Source: Eledone cirrhosa (Eukaryota). Taken from it: a DNA stretch of 64,000 nt. The notes under the pieces are model-generated. The model saw only the letters and a program-made list of their open reading frames with translations, was not told the DNA's origin and did no database searches. Below, one piece after another: positions 27,210 through 40,456 of the stretch. The stretch is taken from the NCBI GenBank assembly GCA_964016885.1, contig OZ024743.1, forward strand, positions 125,612,001 through 125,676,000. The letters are read 5' to 3'. The position numbers and the translations under genes were made by a program. Position 1 is the stretch's first letter; every line of letters begins with the position of its first letter.

Positions 27210-27839
27210 GTGGCGGACTGGCCAGGTCATCAGCTTGCTTGATAGCAAGTGGGGCCCACAGTAGTATTTTAGGGGCCAATGCAAAAACTTTGCTTTCAAA
27301 GAAAATATCAGAAGTCCTAGAGAATGAATAAAAAAAAAAATAAATAAAACAATTAAGCAAAATAAAGGAATTAATAGAAATCAAAATATATTATACTTTA
27401 GACAATCAAAATCAAAAACATATATTCTGACTGGAGTCAGAATTCTTGTACAAGCTGAAAACATCTCAATTGAGGATGCAAGGGCATTGGCCACCAGCAT
27501 CCAGACTGCTTTCAGGATCTTGAGTGGGATCTTCTGAAGCCACCTGAGCTGAGCGATGTTGACCAGCAAGGCTTCAGCATTTTTGAGCATACATTTTTAT
27601 TATGTAGACGCTCTTTTTTCCTCTGGCGAGTTTCTCTAAGATTTTGATACAATTTTGTGGGCATTATTAAAAAACTTTATGGGGTAGATAAAATAAAGTA
27701 CCAGTAATACACTGGGATAATTGCTGGCCTTGTGCCAAAAGTAGAAACAATTATTAAAAAACTTTAATAGCAACCCTTACATAAGAGGACAAGATATCCA
27801 TTGGAGAATTTTCCTTCTCAAAATCACCTCAAAACCTTT

Positions 27840-28090
27840 CCTAACACTAACCATGTTTCCAGTGTGTACAGGGTGTTTTTTTTTATTATGGCACCAAAAC
27901 GATCACTTTACAGTGTGGACTGGGTGCTTTTTGTCATGGCACCAAAACAACCACTTTACTCTATAGACTATGCGATTTTTGTCATGAGACCTAATGCTTT
28001 ACATTGAGGCCTGGATGCTTTTTATCATGTTTTGAACATGACCACTTTACAGATTGGGCTGGGTGCTTTCATGACTACTTTACAGTGTGT
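27840..28090 (-). repeat. RTE-UTR ~40-bp module array
   Basis: About 6 diverged ccactttacagtgtggactgggtgctttttgtcatg units. Confidence 0.65.
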
Positions 28091-28099
28091 TTATCTCAA

Positions 28100-31008
28100 A
28101 TACACCCAACAAAAGGTCCAGCTGTATAAGTAAGCAGCAGCATAGTAATTAAGGCAATTAAGAACATAAAGACAGGAAAAGCAACTGGACCATCAGGAAT
28201 AGTACCTGAGATGTTGAAAGTATCTTGGATGGTAGGGCACACTCTAACCACCCATGTCATAAACCAAGTAATACAGAATGGTGTCATTCCCAATAACTGG
28301 AAAAGCAGCACTGTTATAAGAGAAAATGAGACACCCTAGAGAGAAGTAACTACAGTGGCATCAAGCTGATTGACCCGGTCATGAAAGTTACAGAAAGAGT
28401 CATCAAACAACTGATAAGAGATTGTATACACCTAGACAAGATGCAGTTTGGATTTGTGCCAGGAAAAAGCTCCACTGAGGCCCTTTTCCTTGTGAAGCAA
28501 ATGCAGGAGAAGTACTTGGCTAAAAGCAAGCCGCTCTACTTAGTATTCATGGACCTAGAGAAAGCTTTTGACAGAGTCCCTCACTCCATAATCTGGTGGG
28601 CTCTCAGAAAACTAGGGGCAGTACAAGCGATGTACAGAGGGACGACCAACAAAGTCAAAATTAACAATGAGTATAGTGAAATTCAGTGTGCAAGCGGAGG
28701 TCTACCTGAGCTATGTTCTTAGCCTCCTCCTATTCATTGTTGTCCTACAGGCTATAACAGAGGAATTTAAGACTAGTTGCCCATGGGAACCCTTATACAC
28801 TGATGACCTGACCCTCATAGCTGAATCTATGACAGAATTAGAGAAGAAATTTCAGACATGGAGACACAGCTTGGAAATAAAAGGCCTTAAAGTGAACCTG
28901 ACAAAGACCAAAATCCTAAATAGAATAAAAAAGCAGGGCTCTCATCCCCTCAGGGAATAGGCCTTGCTTTGTGTGCTGGAAAGGAGTCAGTAGAAACTCA
29001 ATCCTGTGTCCCAAATGTAAATTATGGGTACACAGGAGGTGTAGTGGGAAATCAAGTAGACTAACAAAAACATATATATATATATAAACATAAATCTTCA
29101 TATATGGTCATTGCACAGGGGTAGTAAGCAAAAACCCTCAGGAAACAAGCTCTTTTTAATGCACAGAGGACCCTATAACAGTTGATAGCTTCTGCTACCT
29201 AGGTAACCAAATCAGCAATGGTGGTGGATACGCAGAAAGTACAGTTGCCAGATTAAGGACAGAATGGAAAAAGTTCAGGGAGATTCTGCTGTTGCTAGCT
29301 ACAAAAGGTTTCTCACTCAAGATAAAATGTAAGCTGTATGATACCTTGTTGCAAACAGCAATGTTGCATGGAAGTGAAACATGGGCACTGTATGCCAAGG
29401 ATCTATGTAGATTGGAACGAAGTGAAGCCTGCATGCTCTGATGGATGTGTAACAGTAGTGTGCATGAACAGTGAAATGTAAATGAATTGAGAGCAAAACA
29501 GGGCATAGGAGGGGTCAAATACTGTGTGCAGGAAAAAGAACTGCAGTGGTATGGACATGTGATCTGCATGAGAGATGATAGCTATACAAAGGGGTGTTGT
29601 AGGGTGCCTTGCATGAGGAAGACCTGGGAAGATGTGGGATGAAATGATAAGTGCTGACCTGGTACAACTGAACCTCTTGATGGAGATGACACAGGACTGA
29701 GACCTCTGGTACTATGACATATGACAGAAGACCCAAGTCGAAAATCCAGTCCAGCCCAGCCTGTAAACACAGATCCCAGCATGGACAACCAGCCAGACCT
29801 CCTTCATAATATACCCACCCAATTTTCATAATATGGGTCTAGTGGCCAGGCTTGCCTCATAAGTGTTACCACCCAGTCCCACACAGTAAATGTGGTTGGT
29901 GTTAGGAAGGACATTCTAGCAGCTGTAAAAACCCAGTCAAAACATGGTCCCGTATGAGCAAGGTCTGGCACAGCCAACTGATAAGACCATCCTCATACAT
30001 GCAGTTCCACACAGTAAATTTGGTTGCTACTAGGAAGGACACCTAGCAGCCATAAAAACATAGATAAGACGTGGTCCCATATGAGCAAGGTATGGCATGG
30101 CCAACTGGCCAGACTTACCTCATAAGCAGGACCACTCAGTTCTACACTGTAAATGTGGTTGGTGTTAGAAAAGGCAACCAGCAGTCATAAAAATCCTAGC
30201 CATAACACAGGTCCTTCTATGAGCAGGGTACAACATGGCCAACTGGCCAGACCTACTTCATAACGGTACCATCCAGTTCCACAGTTCCTCTACAAGCAGG
30301 GTCCAGCACGGCCAACTGGCCGGATCCTCCTCATAACAAGACCACCCAGTTCTGCACTGTAAACATGGTTGGCACTAGGAAGGACATCAAGGAGTCGTAA
30401 AAACCTAGCTGAAGTGTAGCCTGATATGAGCAAGATATAACGTGGCCAACTGGCCTGACATGCCTCATAAGGAAGCGGGATCACCCAGCTCCACACTGTA
30501 AATGTGGTTGCCGTTGGAAAGGACATCTAGCAACCATAAGAACTCAGCCAAGATACAGTCCCATATGAAGAAGGTACGGTGTGGCCAATTAGCCAGACTT
30601 GCCTCATAATGGCAATCACCTAGTCTCACACTGCAAATGTGGTTGGTGTTAGGAAATGCATCCAGCAGCCATAAAAATCCTCAGACCCCACTATGAGCAA
30701 TGTTCGACGCAACCAACTGGTCAGACTTATCTCATTACGGGTCCACCCAGCTCCCAAATACAGATCTGCTTATGAGCAGAGTTTGGCACGGCCATCTGGC
30801 CAGACCCCTCACATAACAGAACCACCCAGTTCCACACTGTCAATGTGGTTGGTGTTAGGAAGGGTATCCAGCTGTAAAAAAATGGCCAAAATACAGTCCC
30901 GTTTCAGAAAGGTATGATGCAGCCAAATGGCCAGACTTGCCCATGGCATGGACAACCCATTTGATCTATGCAAGTATGGAAATTAAGACGTTAAACTGTA
31001 ATGATGAT
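28100..31008 (+). mobile_element. Degenerate RTE LINE with tandem-expanded 3' UTR
   Basis: MQFGFVPGKS..FMDLEKAFDRVP, LYTDD and the C-terminus to ~29760, then an array to the gacgttaaa..(GAT)n tail. Confidence 0.9.
29843..30930 (+). repeat. Tandem array of ~135-bp units (about 9, two internally deleted)
   Basis: Units start with tggccagac-like sequence at ~29843, 29979, 30106, 30244, 30317, 30451, 30590, 30718 and 30797. Confidence 0.85.
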
Positions 31009-31027
31009 ATATATATATATATATATA

Positions 31028-31642
31028 TCATCATCATCATCATCATTTAACATCCATCTTCCATGCTAGCATGGGTCAGACAGGCTGTCCCTTTGAGAGA
31101 TTAGGTCAGGGGACAGTGATTCGCTCACAAAGAACTGATTTTGGTTTGTTTTTCATGGTTGGATGCCCTTCCTAACATCAACCACATTTACAGTGTGTGC
31201 TTGGTGCTTTTTTCTGTATTGCTTTTGTTATGACACCTACATAACTACTATAGTGTTGGCTAGGCGCTTTTGTTGTGGTTCCAGGGTAGATCACTTTATA
31301 GAGGAGGTTGGGAACTTGAGAGGGGTGGGGAAGATGCTTTGGGAAATTGGGGATGTAGGTTTATGGGAGGGGAGATGGTAGGGTATGGTGTTGCCTACTA
31401 GGTATATGCCTCAGCCTGGGAATAATAGAGGACGGGTCTTCTGTAATACTTCATAGCGCCAGAGGTCACGGTCCTGTGTCATCGCTTTAGTGAGGTGTAA
31501 TTGAGCAAAGTCAGCCCTTATTACCTCATCCAAGTCTTTCTAGGCCTGCTTACTCCATAGCTACCATTAACTTTGAGCGCTCTACACCTTTTTATACAGC
31601 TGTCTCCTTCATATGTCCATACCAAAGCAATCTCATCTCCTG
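31028..31642 (-). mobile_element. RTE 3' fragment
   Basis: DSCIKRCRALKVNGSYGVSRPRKTW, the UTR and a (CAT)n tail. Confidence 0.85.
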
Positions 31643-31707
31643 CACATATATATATATATGGGGGCGAGGGGTATGTGTGTGTATATATATATATGGAGGG
31701 GTGGTTA

Positions 31708-31765
<58 letters not shown>

Positions 31766-33906
31766 AGTGAATCGAACTAGATAAACTGAGTTTGTGATAG
31801 TAGACCGACATTTCCCACTCGCTCGATGATTACACAGGACTTGCATTTCTGAAGTGCCTAGCTGTGATTCAGAGAGCACACATTTAGTTATTAGTGGTAA
31901 GTTCGAGACTATATGTAGGTGTTAAACAATTCAGCCTGGACCAAACGAAAATTGTTGGTTTCTTCCCTGTATCCCATGCACTGGGGTGCAATTGCTGCAC
32001 CCAGTACATGGATGCGTTAATTCCAGACTCATTGGGAAGGAACAAACACGGCCAAGATCAATACAGAGGTTTGTCAATGGGGAGAGAGATCTTTATACAT
32101 TTTATTGCATATATATGTCATCACTATTTAACATCCATTTTTTCCATGTTTACATACTCACATACACACACATATATATATACATACATATATGATGGTT
32201 GTCACTCGATAAACAAGTAAAACATTTCTTGATCGCGCAAGTTTTTTTTATTGTGTTAATTAGAAAGATTTCTACTGTGAGCCCATAAATGGCTCTTAAG
32301 TCCAAACATGGAGTGAAAGGATTTTTGGCAAATTTTGCAGTAGAGTTTAAAAGGTATTGATGGCAAAGTCTTACCTCCCAGATCATGTCAGCTCTGTGGA
32401 TTTTATGTTTCTTAAGGCCACTAGATGACTTACATCTTTTAAGACAAATTAGATATATATAGTCTAACCCATGCTAGCGTGGAAGATGGACATTAAACGA
32501 AGATGATGATGATGATGATGTGTTCAGGTCTTATGTAAATTGGTTTATATCACGTGACCTTAAATGGGATTTCAGACCTACATTCGATAAGCATCCTTTA
32601 TTATATGTGAACAATGGAAAAGTGTATAATCATTCTTTCTAGTAAGGGAGGAGGATATGTCCTGTTTTTGTGCACCCTTTTAAGTTCAGCATATCTAACA
32701 TGTGGTGAATTCATAGAGCTGATTTGTACTGTTTAAGAATGTCTTGCTAGTGTGGTTTTATGTGGTACAGGAGGTTAAGATTTTGTGAAACAAGTCAGTC
32801 AGTACATGCACAAAGGAAATGAAGTTTTTCCACTGCAATTTTAGTGAGAAGAGAAACTAGACAAGAGCAGCATGAACATGTTGTACAAGAGAGAGAGAAA
32901 AAACTAGGTCAGTGGTTCATGACTGCACAATAGCTGGTGACAAGATAATGGAAAATAAATTTGAACCAATTATGAAAATAGGCATTCTGTCTGTAGATTT
33001 AATTTATTTCTTCGTTTGTTCCTTTTCAAATTCTATTGTTTCTTTTATGAACATTGGCAAACTGAAGATTCTGTTTTAGTTATTTTCCGAGCCATTTAGT
33101 TCGACAGGTTTAAGTGTTTTATTCAGGTGTGTAAGTGTTTCTATTTTAGAAATTTCTAGACCTTTACACCTATGAGCATATTTTTGAAGTCTATACAATA
33201 AGGTATTCTATTTATTTATTTATTTATTTTTCCTAAGATTTCCAGGGTAAAAAAAATTTTCCTAGAAATATTTTCAAACTTGAATGTGGCAATTGTCTTA
33301 CAGCAAGAGAGAATTTCCATGCAATATAAGTTTGTGGTGCAGTTTTAATATCTAGTTATATGACAAATATGCTGTGTGCATCCAGTTTAGAATAGATACA
33401 CCATATCCCAGCTTGTAAGAGGAGACTAAATGGGTTGGCACTGAGATGACACCCACCCTCCATTAAAACAAATTGTCTCAAAAAGGACACAATGATGGAG
33501 TTTGCAAAGCTAACCCTGATTTTAGCAGTAAAAATGACCTTAAAACAGTTGTTGTGGAGGTATGACGGATGCAATCACAAACTGATACAAATCCTAAGTA
33601 CATACAAATATAAGAGAAAATATTGGGTAGATGAGATAAATATAAAATGACATGTGGTGTTAATTACAACCACCAACATTATGTATACATGTATATATGT
33701 TTTCTGTGTGTATCTGGTTTAGAGAACAGGCACAGCATGTCACTGTGAGTTGTAAGAGGCAGTTAAAAGGGTTGATGCCAAGAACAGCACTTGTTTGTAA
33801 ATCATTGCCTCAAATAAAGGTCCCATGATAAGTATGAAGCCTATCATAGAATCTACAAAGTTAATCCCCACTTTTGCAAGGAAATGGCCTTGTTGTTGAT
33901 GTAATA

Positions 33907-34095
33907 GGCGGTGGATTGGCAGTATCAGTAGAGAGTCGGACGCCATGCTTTCGAGCATAGTTACGTCCCTCTACAATCTGAGTTCAAATCCCGCCGAGGT
34001 TGACTTTGCCTTTCATCCTTACGGGGTCGATAAAATAAAGTACCAGTAATGTACTGGGTAATTGCTGGCCTTGTGCCTAAAGTAGAAACAATTAT
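33907..34095 (+). mobile_element. SINE family A
   Basis: Near-identical to 4549-4735. Confidence 0.9.
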
Positions 34096-35103
34096 GTATA
34101 CATGTGTAATATTATGTGTAATATTGTGTCAACATGTGGACTAAAGTGGTTGATTTGACAGAGTTTCTAGAGCATTGGATATTTGTTCCAGGTCTCTGCA
34201 TTCTAAGTTTAAATCCTGCCAAGGCTCACTTTGCCTTTCATCCGTTCAGGGTCAATAAAGTACCACCCTTCTATCTTTCCAGCTGTCACATCCTGGATGT
34301 TCCACCGGACCAAGGGAGGGAGAGTTGAGAAGATGCCTATCTATATCTGCTCACAACTGCATGGGCACTTAAAACGCCTAGCACAAGCATGGTACATTCT
34401 ACCAAGTCATACTCGATTACTAGTGATGGCTTTAGTTTAGTGGACTTCTTATGCTGACTTGAATTATATATTTAATTGACTAAAAGTAAATAAATGAACA
34501 AAAAGAAAATTTGAAATATTTTTTCTTCTCACCGAAGGAAAGAGTGTGAGACATAATCAGTGAGAAAATTAAAATAGGTAAGAGAATGAGATCAGAAGGA
34601 AATAAATACAATTCAACAGATTTGTGGTTATTCTGCGTAATAACATTTCTGACTAACTTGTTTCCTATAATAATAAAAAACAACAACCTTGCAATTATAC
34701 TAGTCATAATTACTGTAGTATGCTTGAGGGAATATTGAAGTTGTTAAAATTGCATATTACATCTATCATCATCATTATCGCTGTTGTTGTTGTAGTTGCG
34801 GTTATGATTTTCTTGATCTGTTTCTTTGTTGTTGTTTTGTTGTTTTTTTTTTCTCCCTTTATTGCTATCATTTAATGTCTCTTTATATTAAGTGTTCAAA
34901 TCCTGCTAAAATAGACTTTGCTTCATATATCTCTCTAATGTCAATAAAATAATTAGCAATTAACCCTTTAGCATTTAAACCGGCCGTATCCAGCCAGAAT
35001 TCTCTCACTTCTTTCTGTTCAAACTGACCATAACTGGCCCCTCATACTTATGTTAAGATATTGTTCTCAAAATAACTATCAAAATTTCGTAGATTTGATA
35101 TTA

Positions 35104-35435
35104 TCTCCTTATAATATATAACCAGCAATTTCTCTGTTTGTCTGTCTGTCTGTCCGACAGTGGAAACACGTGCGCGCGTGCGAATGTTTTTTGCGCACGC
35201 GTAGAGAGAGAGTGAAAGAAAGAGACAGACTATGAGAGGGGGATAGCGGGAGGAAGAGAGGGGGGAATTGAGGAGTGCTACAGAAACATATATACATTTC
35301 TGTGTGTGTGTAATATATATATATATACACACACAGAAATATATATATACACACACAGAAATATATATACATTTCTGTGTGTGTAATATATATATAGACT
35401 AGCAGAAAACCACCCGATAGGCGGTTTTCTGCTAG
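35104..35435 (+). mobile_element. Short non-autonomous Helitron
   Basis: 5' TC..ataatatataa..(tgtc)n start, and a 3' hairpin ending in CTAG at 35435. Confidence 0.65.
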
Positions 35436-36296
35436 TCTGTAAATATAAAACTGAGGATGTCTGTGTGTGTGTGTATGTGCGTTCGAATCCCTAAAACTCG
35501 AGAACCACCAAACCGACTGTTTTCAAACTTTACACATGTAATACTTATGTTTCAGGGAGTGTTCTGAGCAAAAACAATTTCAAATTTTCAATGCCCTAGG
35601 GACCGGATTAGGCGATTTAGCGATTCACTCTATAATACTTAGTCTTTCTCTTTTTAGATAGATACATACATATAACGTCGCGCCCTTATAATATCTGTCT
35701 GTATGTCTGACTGTCTGCATTACTACACTTCCCTGAGAATAACTGTCTGTGTGTGTGTGAGTTTGAATCCCTAAAACTCGAGAAGTACCCAACCGATTTT
35801 TTTCAAACTTTATATGTGTATTATTTATGTTTCAGGGAGTGTTACGCACATAAAAAATTCAACTTTTTCATCCCATATCCCGCATTAGGTGAAAAACTGC
35901 GTTTTTTCAGGTTTTTAGGGGTTTTTTGAGGCGTTATGTCAGACTGATTTCCTTGAAATTGTAACTATGTATTAGTCAGTCTCTTCATACCGTGAGCAAA
36001 GAAAATCCAACTGTCTTATGGCCTAGGACCCGCATTAGGTGAAAAACTTCATTTTTTTTCAGCTTCTTAAGGCTTTTTGGAGGCACTACGTCTAGCCGAT
36101 TTTCCCGAAATTTCAAGGCATATTATGCACATAAAAAATTAATTTTCTTGATCCCCTAGGGCCCGCATTAGGTGAAAACCTGCACTTTTCCTGTTTCATC
36201 GAGGAAAATCCAGCCATCAGAGTATTCGGTTTATTTTCTTTACATATTGTTCAGGCATAATACCTTATCCCGTGCAACGCCGGGTACCACTGCTAG
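35436..36296 (+). mobile_element. Non-autonomous Helitron (same family as 9121-10322)
   Basis: TC start, cccgtgcaacgccggg hairpin and CTAG|T end. Confidence 0.85.
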
Positions 36297-36767
36297 TGTG
36301 AGATAAATATGAGAAATAAAGCCGTTACCATGAAAATACAATAGTAAATATAGAGTAATATAAATGCTAAAGGGTTAAATTCAGTGGTTGATTTAATCAT
36401 CGAATCCCCCTGTACAAATTGTGTGACCTTGTATTTATTTACAATAGCACTAACATAGTGTGATTCAGAATAAAGGTGTGTATGAACCCATATACAATAT
36501 GTTTCATCATTGTTTTTACATCTACTTTCCATGCAGCATGGATTGGATAAGTTGTGATGGTCTGAAACCAGATGGGTTGTCACAACCTTATCTGGCTCAT
36601 ACATTCCATATTTGGTATGGTTTCTATGGCTAGAAGCCCTTCCTAATGCCAACCACTAGGTATGTTTTATGGTACCTGCATTACCACTTTACAGAGTGTA
36701 GTGATTGTCTTTCCCCTTCCATTCAAATTCCTGGTCTTGTGCCTAAATGATTATTGTTGTTATTATT

Positions 36768-36950
36768 TGGCAGTATCGCTAGAGCGTCAGAAACCATGCT
36801 TTGCAGCATAGAGTTATGGCCCTTTATGTTGCTAGTTCAAATCCTACCAGGTTAACTTTGCCTTTCATCCTTACGGGGGTCGATAAAATAAAGCACCAGT
36901 AATGCACTGGGGTAATTGCTGGCCTTGTGCCTAAAGTAGAAACATTATTA
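36768..36950 (+). mobile_element. SINE family A
   Basis: Similar to 4549-4735. Confidence 0.85.
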
Positions 36951-37089
36951 TCGTTCTGTCATGCAGTAAAGATAGATAATGCACCGGGGTATTTAGTCAT
37001 CTGCCAAGTCGCAACAAGGACCTTGGACAGTGATTCATGCATCACATTTTGATAGAGGCAAGTGTAAATCTGGTTCTAAAGTTGCTTTT

Positions 37090-37990
37090 GTGAATATAAG
37101 GATGAACTGTCAAAATATCTGCCATTTTGTAAAACAGAGATTCATTGAACAAAAATTGGTGTGATTATCTGTATGGTATTCCCAGTCACTTTAAGAAGTT
37201 TTGAAGTTTCAATGAGATTGACCTTAATGCCCTGATCACAACTGGTATCAGTTTCACATTACCCTCTTGCATTCCAAATAGTCTTGCCATCTCCACTTTT
37301 AATTCAGAGTACGTGGTGATTTTTTTTCAATCTCCTTATTCACAATATTCGTGACATTTAGTATAGCCATGTCGATGATCTGACAGTATCTGTCTTTCTT
37401 GTTCAACACGACAGTGTCTGGTTGGCAATGCTCAATTACTATAACAGTCTGAAAATCATAACCTCAGAATATCGTTGCTTTCCTATCCTCCTGCATTACT
37501 TTATAAGCTGCATGCTCATACCATTTCTTTTTGACTTCATATTGGTATTTACAACACAGAGGCCAATGAAGATATAGACAGACTTTATCATGACGGTGCT
37601 TGTATTATTTTTGCCCAACGCATTCACATCCACTTACCAAGTAGGTCACATTTTTCACATTCTTTCCACAGAGCCTGCATTCCTGAATGTCCGAAGTTTT
37701 GTAGATGTTACACTTCACCAAATTGGTAGCAAGACCTTGGTCTTTCACTGTAACTTTAAGGTTTTCAGTGACATGTTTCAAATCACCTTGCTTAAGCCAT
37801 GTCCACGTTATTGTTTTATCCCCGATATCCTGTGTATTTCTTTCAAATTGACAATACATTCTCGTTCCTTGATCTTTTCTTTTCTCTTCAGCTCATTGGT
37901 TAAACTCTTCCTTTCCAACCATTTCTACTATACTTATACCCATATCTTCTGTTGCATATTACAACAACTCTTTGACACTGTTTACCAAAT
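37090..37990 (-). mobile_element. Degenerate R4/Dong C-terminal region
   Basis: TWLKQGDLK..DQGLATN..CRLCGKNVKNVTYLVSGC (CCHC-like), then remnants of the endonuclease region. Confidence 0.75.
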
Positions 37991-38647
37991 ATTCTGCTGT
38001 TCTCCTGTCATTCCTTATTCAATGATCCACACTGATGAGACATCTGCCACCATTCTTTCGCTGTTGTTTTTGGAGGTCGATAAAGTAAAATACACATCCA
38101 GAGCATTGGATTAGTAAAGTTGTAAAAGCATCGAACAAGATATTTTACAGTATTCTTTTCAACTCTTTGCATTTGAAATTCAAATGCTACTGAGGCCTAC
38201 ATGGGTGGTAGATGTAATTTAGCACTCAGTTTAACATCACTATCTGATCCTTAGGTGCCTTTAACAGAGTCTATTCTGTTACAACTATTTGGTCCAGATA
38301 GCCAGATTGAGGATAACATCTTCCGTCCCTCCGACCCCAACCCCCCATCTCAGAGGATGTGAAAATGGTTCTAGGTATGGCTGTTCCTTCTAAGGCTAGC
38401 TCCTTGAATTACAGGCACAGTCCATTTATTAGATTTCCAGACAGTTTTCTGTCTACCCAGTTTAACTGATGAGGCTTGGGTGGACCTGAAGCTATGGTAA
38501 AAGCCACTTGCCCCAGATATCATGTAGTAGGATTGAACACAGAATCATATGATCATAAATCAAACTTCTTAACCGTTCAGCCATGCCCTCATTCTCATTT
38601 CTTTCATGGAAAACTAACTGTAAAATGATGATGACATATATATTGCT

Positions 38648-38810
38648 AGTGTTCGTCTTTTGGCATCAAAGATGCCCAAGACTTCAATATTGGGTGGAGG
38701 ATCTTTGGTTGTGAGTCCAGTGGTGGCTGATGAGGCCAATCCAGGTCTGGAAACCATGCCCATATGTGAAGCATGTGTGGGTAGGTGCTGCAGTGGAAGT
38801 GGATGTCTAT
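38648..38810 (-). mobile_element. RTE (BovB-like) extreme 3' fragment
   Basis: The minus strand reads HTCFTYGHGFQTWIGLISHHWTH, resembling the terminal C2H2-like finger. Confidence 0.6.
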
Positions 38811-38815
38811 ATATG

Positions 38816-39314
38816 TGTAGCGACGTGGTTAGTCAGTCTAGTCGCTACTTCTGATCAGATCCGAGAATAGCCCTTAGAAGGACTGTTATCGCATACGGTC
38901 TGATCAGATCTGAAGATAGCCCTTAAAAGGACTGTTGTCGCATATAGCCCTTAAAAGAACTGTTGAGGATTGACAGACGAAAGCACAAGTTGAAAGGACG
39001 AAGCAAGGCGAGATGTAAATTTGATCAGCTATTTATTTTCACATGAAGCGACGATACGAGGTACAAGGCGTGTGTGAGTGACACAGCGTGGCAGAGGCGA
39101 GGGACAATGATACGCGAGTTGACTCTGCCAAAAGTCGACTGCTGAAGTGTTTGGAACCACTCTATTTATACAGAAACAATCGTTTGATATTTAGCCGCTG
39201 TGTAGGCGTTTATTCTGGTAGCTTTTAAGGGTTCTTTTGTTTCACGTTGCGGTAGCAAGCTAACAGGTAGATGGCGCTGTATATTTCACAGATGTTATTT
39301 CCGGTGGCTGTACA
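38816..39314 (-). mobile_element. Solo LTR with internal tandem repeats
   Basis: TGTA...TACA ends with TSD TATG (38812-38815, 39315-39318). On the minus strand TATAAATA precedes AATAAA. Internal repeats span 38851-38965. Confidence 0.8.
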
Positions 39315-39854
39315 TATGTATACATACATACACACACACACATACACACACACACACACACACAGACACACACACACATGCACACATGCAGACACACACA
39401 CACACATGCACACATGCAGACACACACACACATACACTGACGCACACACACACACTCACACACATGCACACACACACAGATGCTGTGCTGAATAGAACCT
39501 GTCCAACCCTTGCAAGCAGGGAAAAGCGGACGTAAAATGATGATGATGATGATGATGATGATGAATCCCAATACTTGACAAGTATTTATTTTATCAACTC
39601 TGTGAAGGATGAAAAACAAAGTTGACTTCAGTAGGATTTGAACTCAGAACATAGAATACCACAACAAACACTCCAGTACATTTGTCCAATGCTCTAACAA
39701 TTCTGCCAATCCCAAATAACAAGGGTTAAATCAGGTAAAGTAGTTAGTCTTTGATGTACACAAATACAGGATTGCCTGTCACCTTTAACCCCGTTAATAG
39801 CAAACTGCCTGAAACTGCCCCAAGTTCTATGATACAAAAGTATTTATTTTAAAC

Positions 39855-39888
<34 letters not shown>

Positions 39889-40422
39889 GAACAACAACAA
39901 CATCATTTTTATGTTGGCTCTAAATCTGTCCAAATTCCTGATTATTGTAAAATCATAGGCAGTTTCTTCCAGTAGAGATATAGTAATTAAAGGGCTAATT
40001 ATAGGTCAAATATGTGGAAAAGATTGCCATGTGATACCAAATTCAAATATAAATTAGTAAATTCCAAACAATTTAAACAGACACGTTTGTAAAGATCAAC
40101 TCTGAGGAGGCCTACTGTTTGTCAATGTATATTTTTTTACAACTCCCTGCATAAACAAACATACTTATTATAGAAATGAAGTAGATAAGTGCATAAAGTG
40201 AAACTATTCATGCCCAAACAGGTCTGACATTTATATAACTTCTTAAGGTGTCTTAAATCAATAATAATAACAAAATCACCACATGTCCATGCCTGTGTGG
40301 TTTTATATAATATTGCTGGTTGTAACAATGTTACAACATTTAATTTTGTAAATGCTTTATTTCTTATAGTATAGATTGTGTATTTACTGGGTTGCCTGCA
40401 CATGCACATGCACACATATAAG

Positions 40423-40456
<34 letters not shown>

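Larger units (their letters stand above)
34964..36374. mobile_element. piggyBac-like MITE split by two Helitrons
   Basis: TTAA|CCCTTTAGCATT...AATGCTAAAGGG|TTAA. Its two halves match the reverse complement of 12855-13075. Confidence 0.85.

Noticed and set aside
27208-27665. hAT-like end (cagtggcggactggcc) with a basic N-terminal-like reading on the minus strand
   Set aside because: No matching second TIR, TSD or diagnostic transposase motif.
29843-30930. Regularly spaced conserved motifs resembling a CRISPR array
   Set aside because: The intervening sequences are homologous to each other, the repeats are diverged, there are no cas genes, and the array lies within an RTE 3' UTR in eukaryotic DNA.
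38727-38760. CTGATGA-GGCC..GGTC-tg-GAAAC hammerhead-like string
   Set aside because: Extra bases break the core, and it is explained as the antisense of an RTE C-terminal coding motif (WIGLISH).
39787-39997. Possible further TTAA piggyBac-like MITE
   Set aside because: The termini are too degenerate (ttaacccc / agggctaa) to call with confidence.
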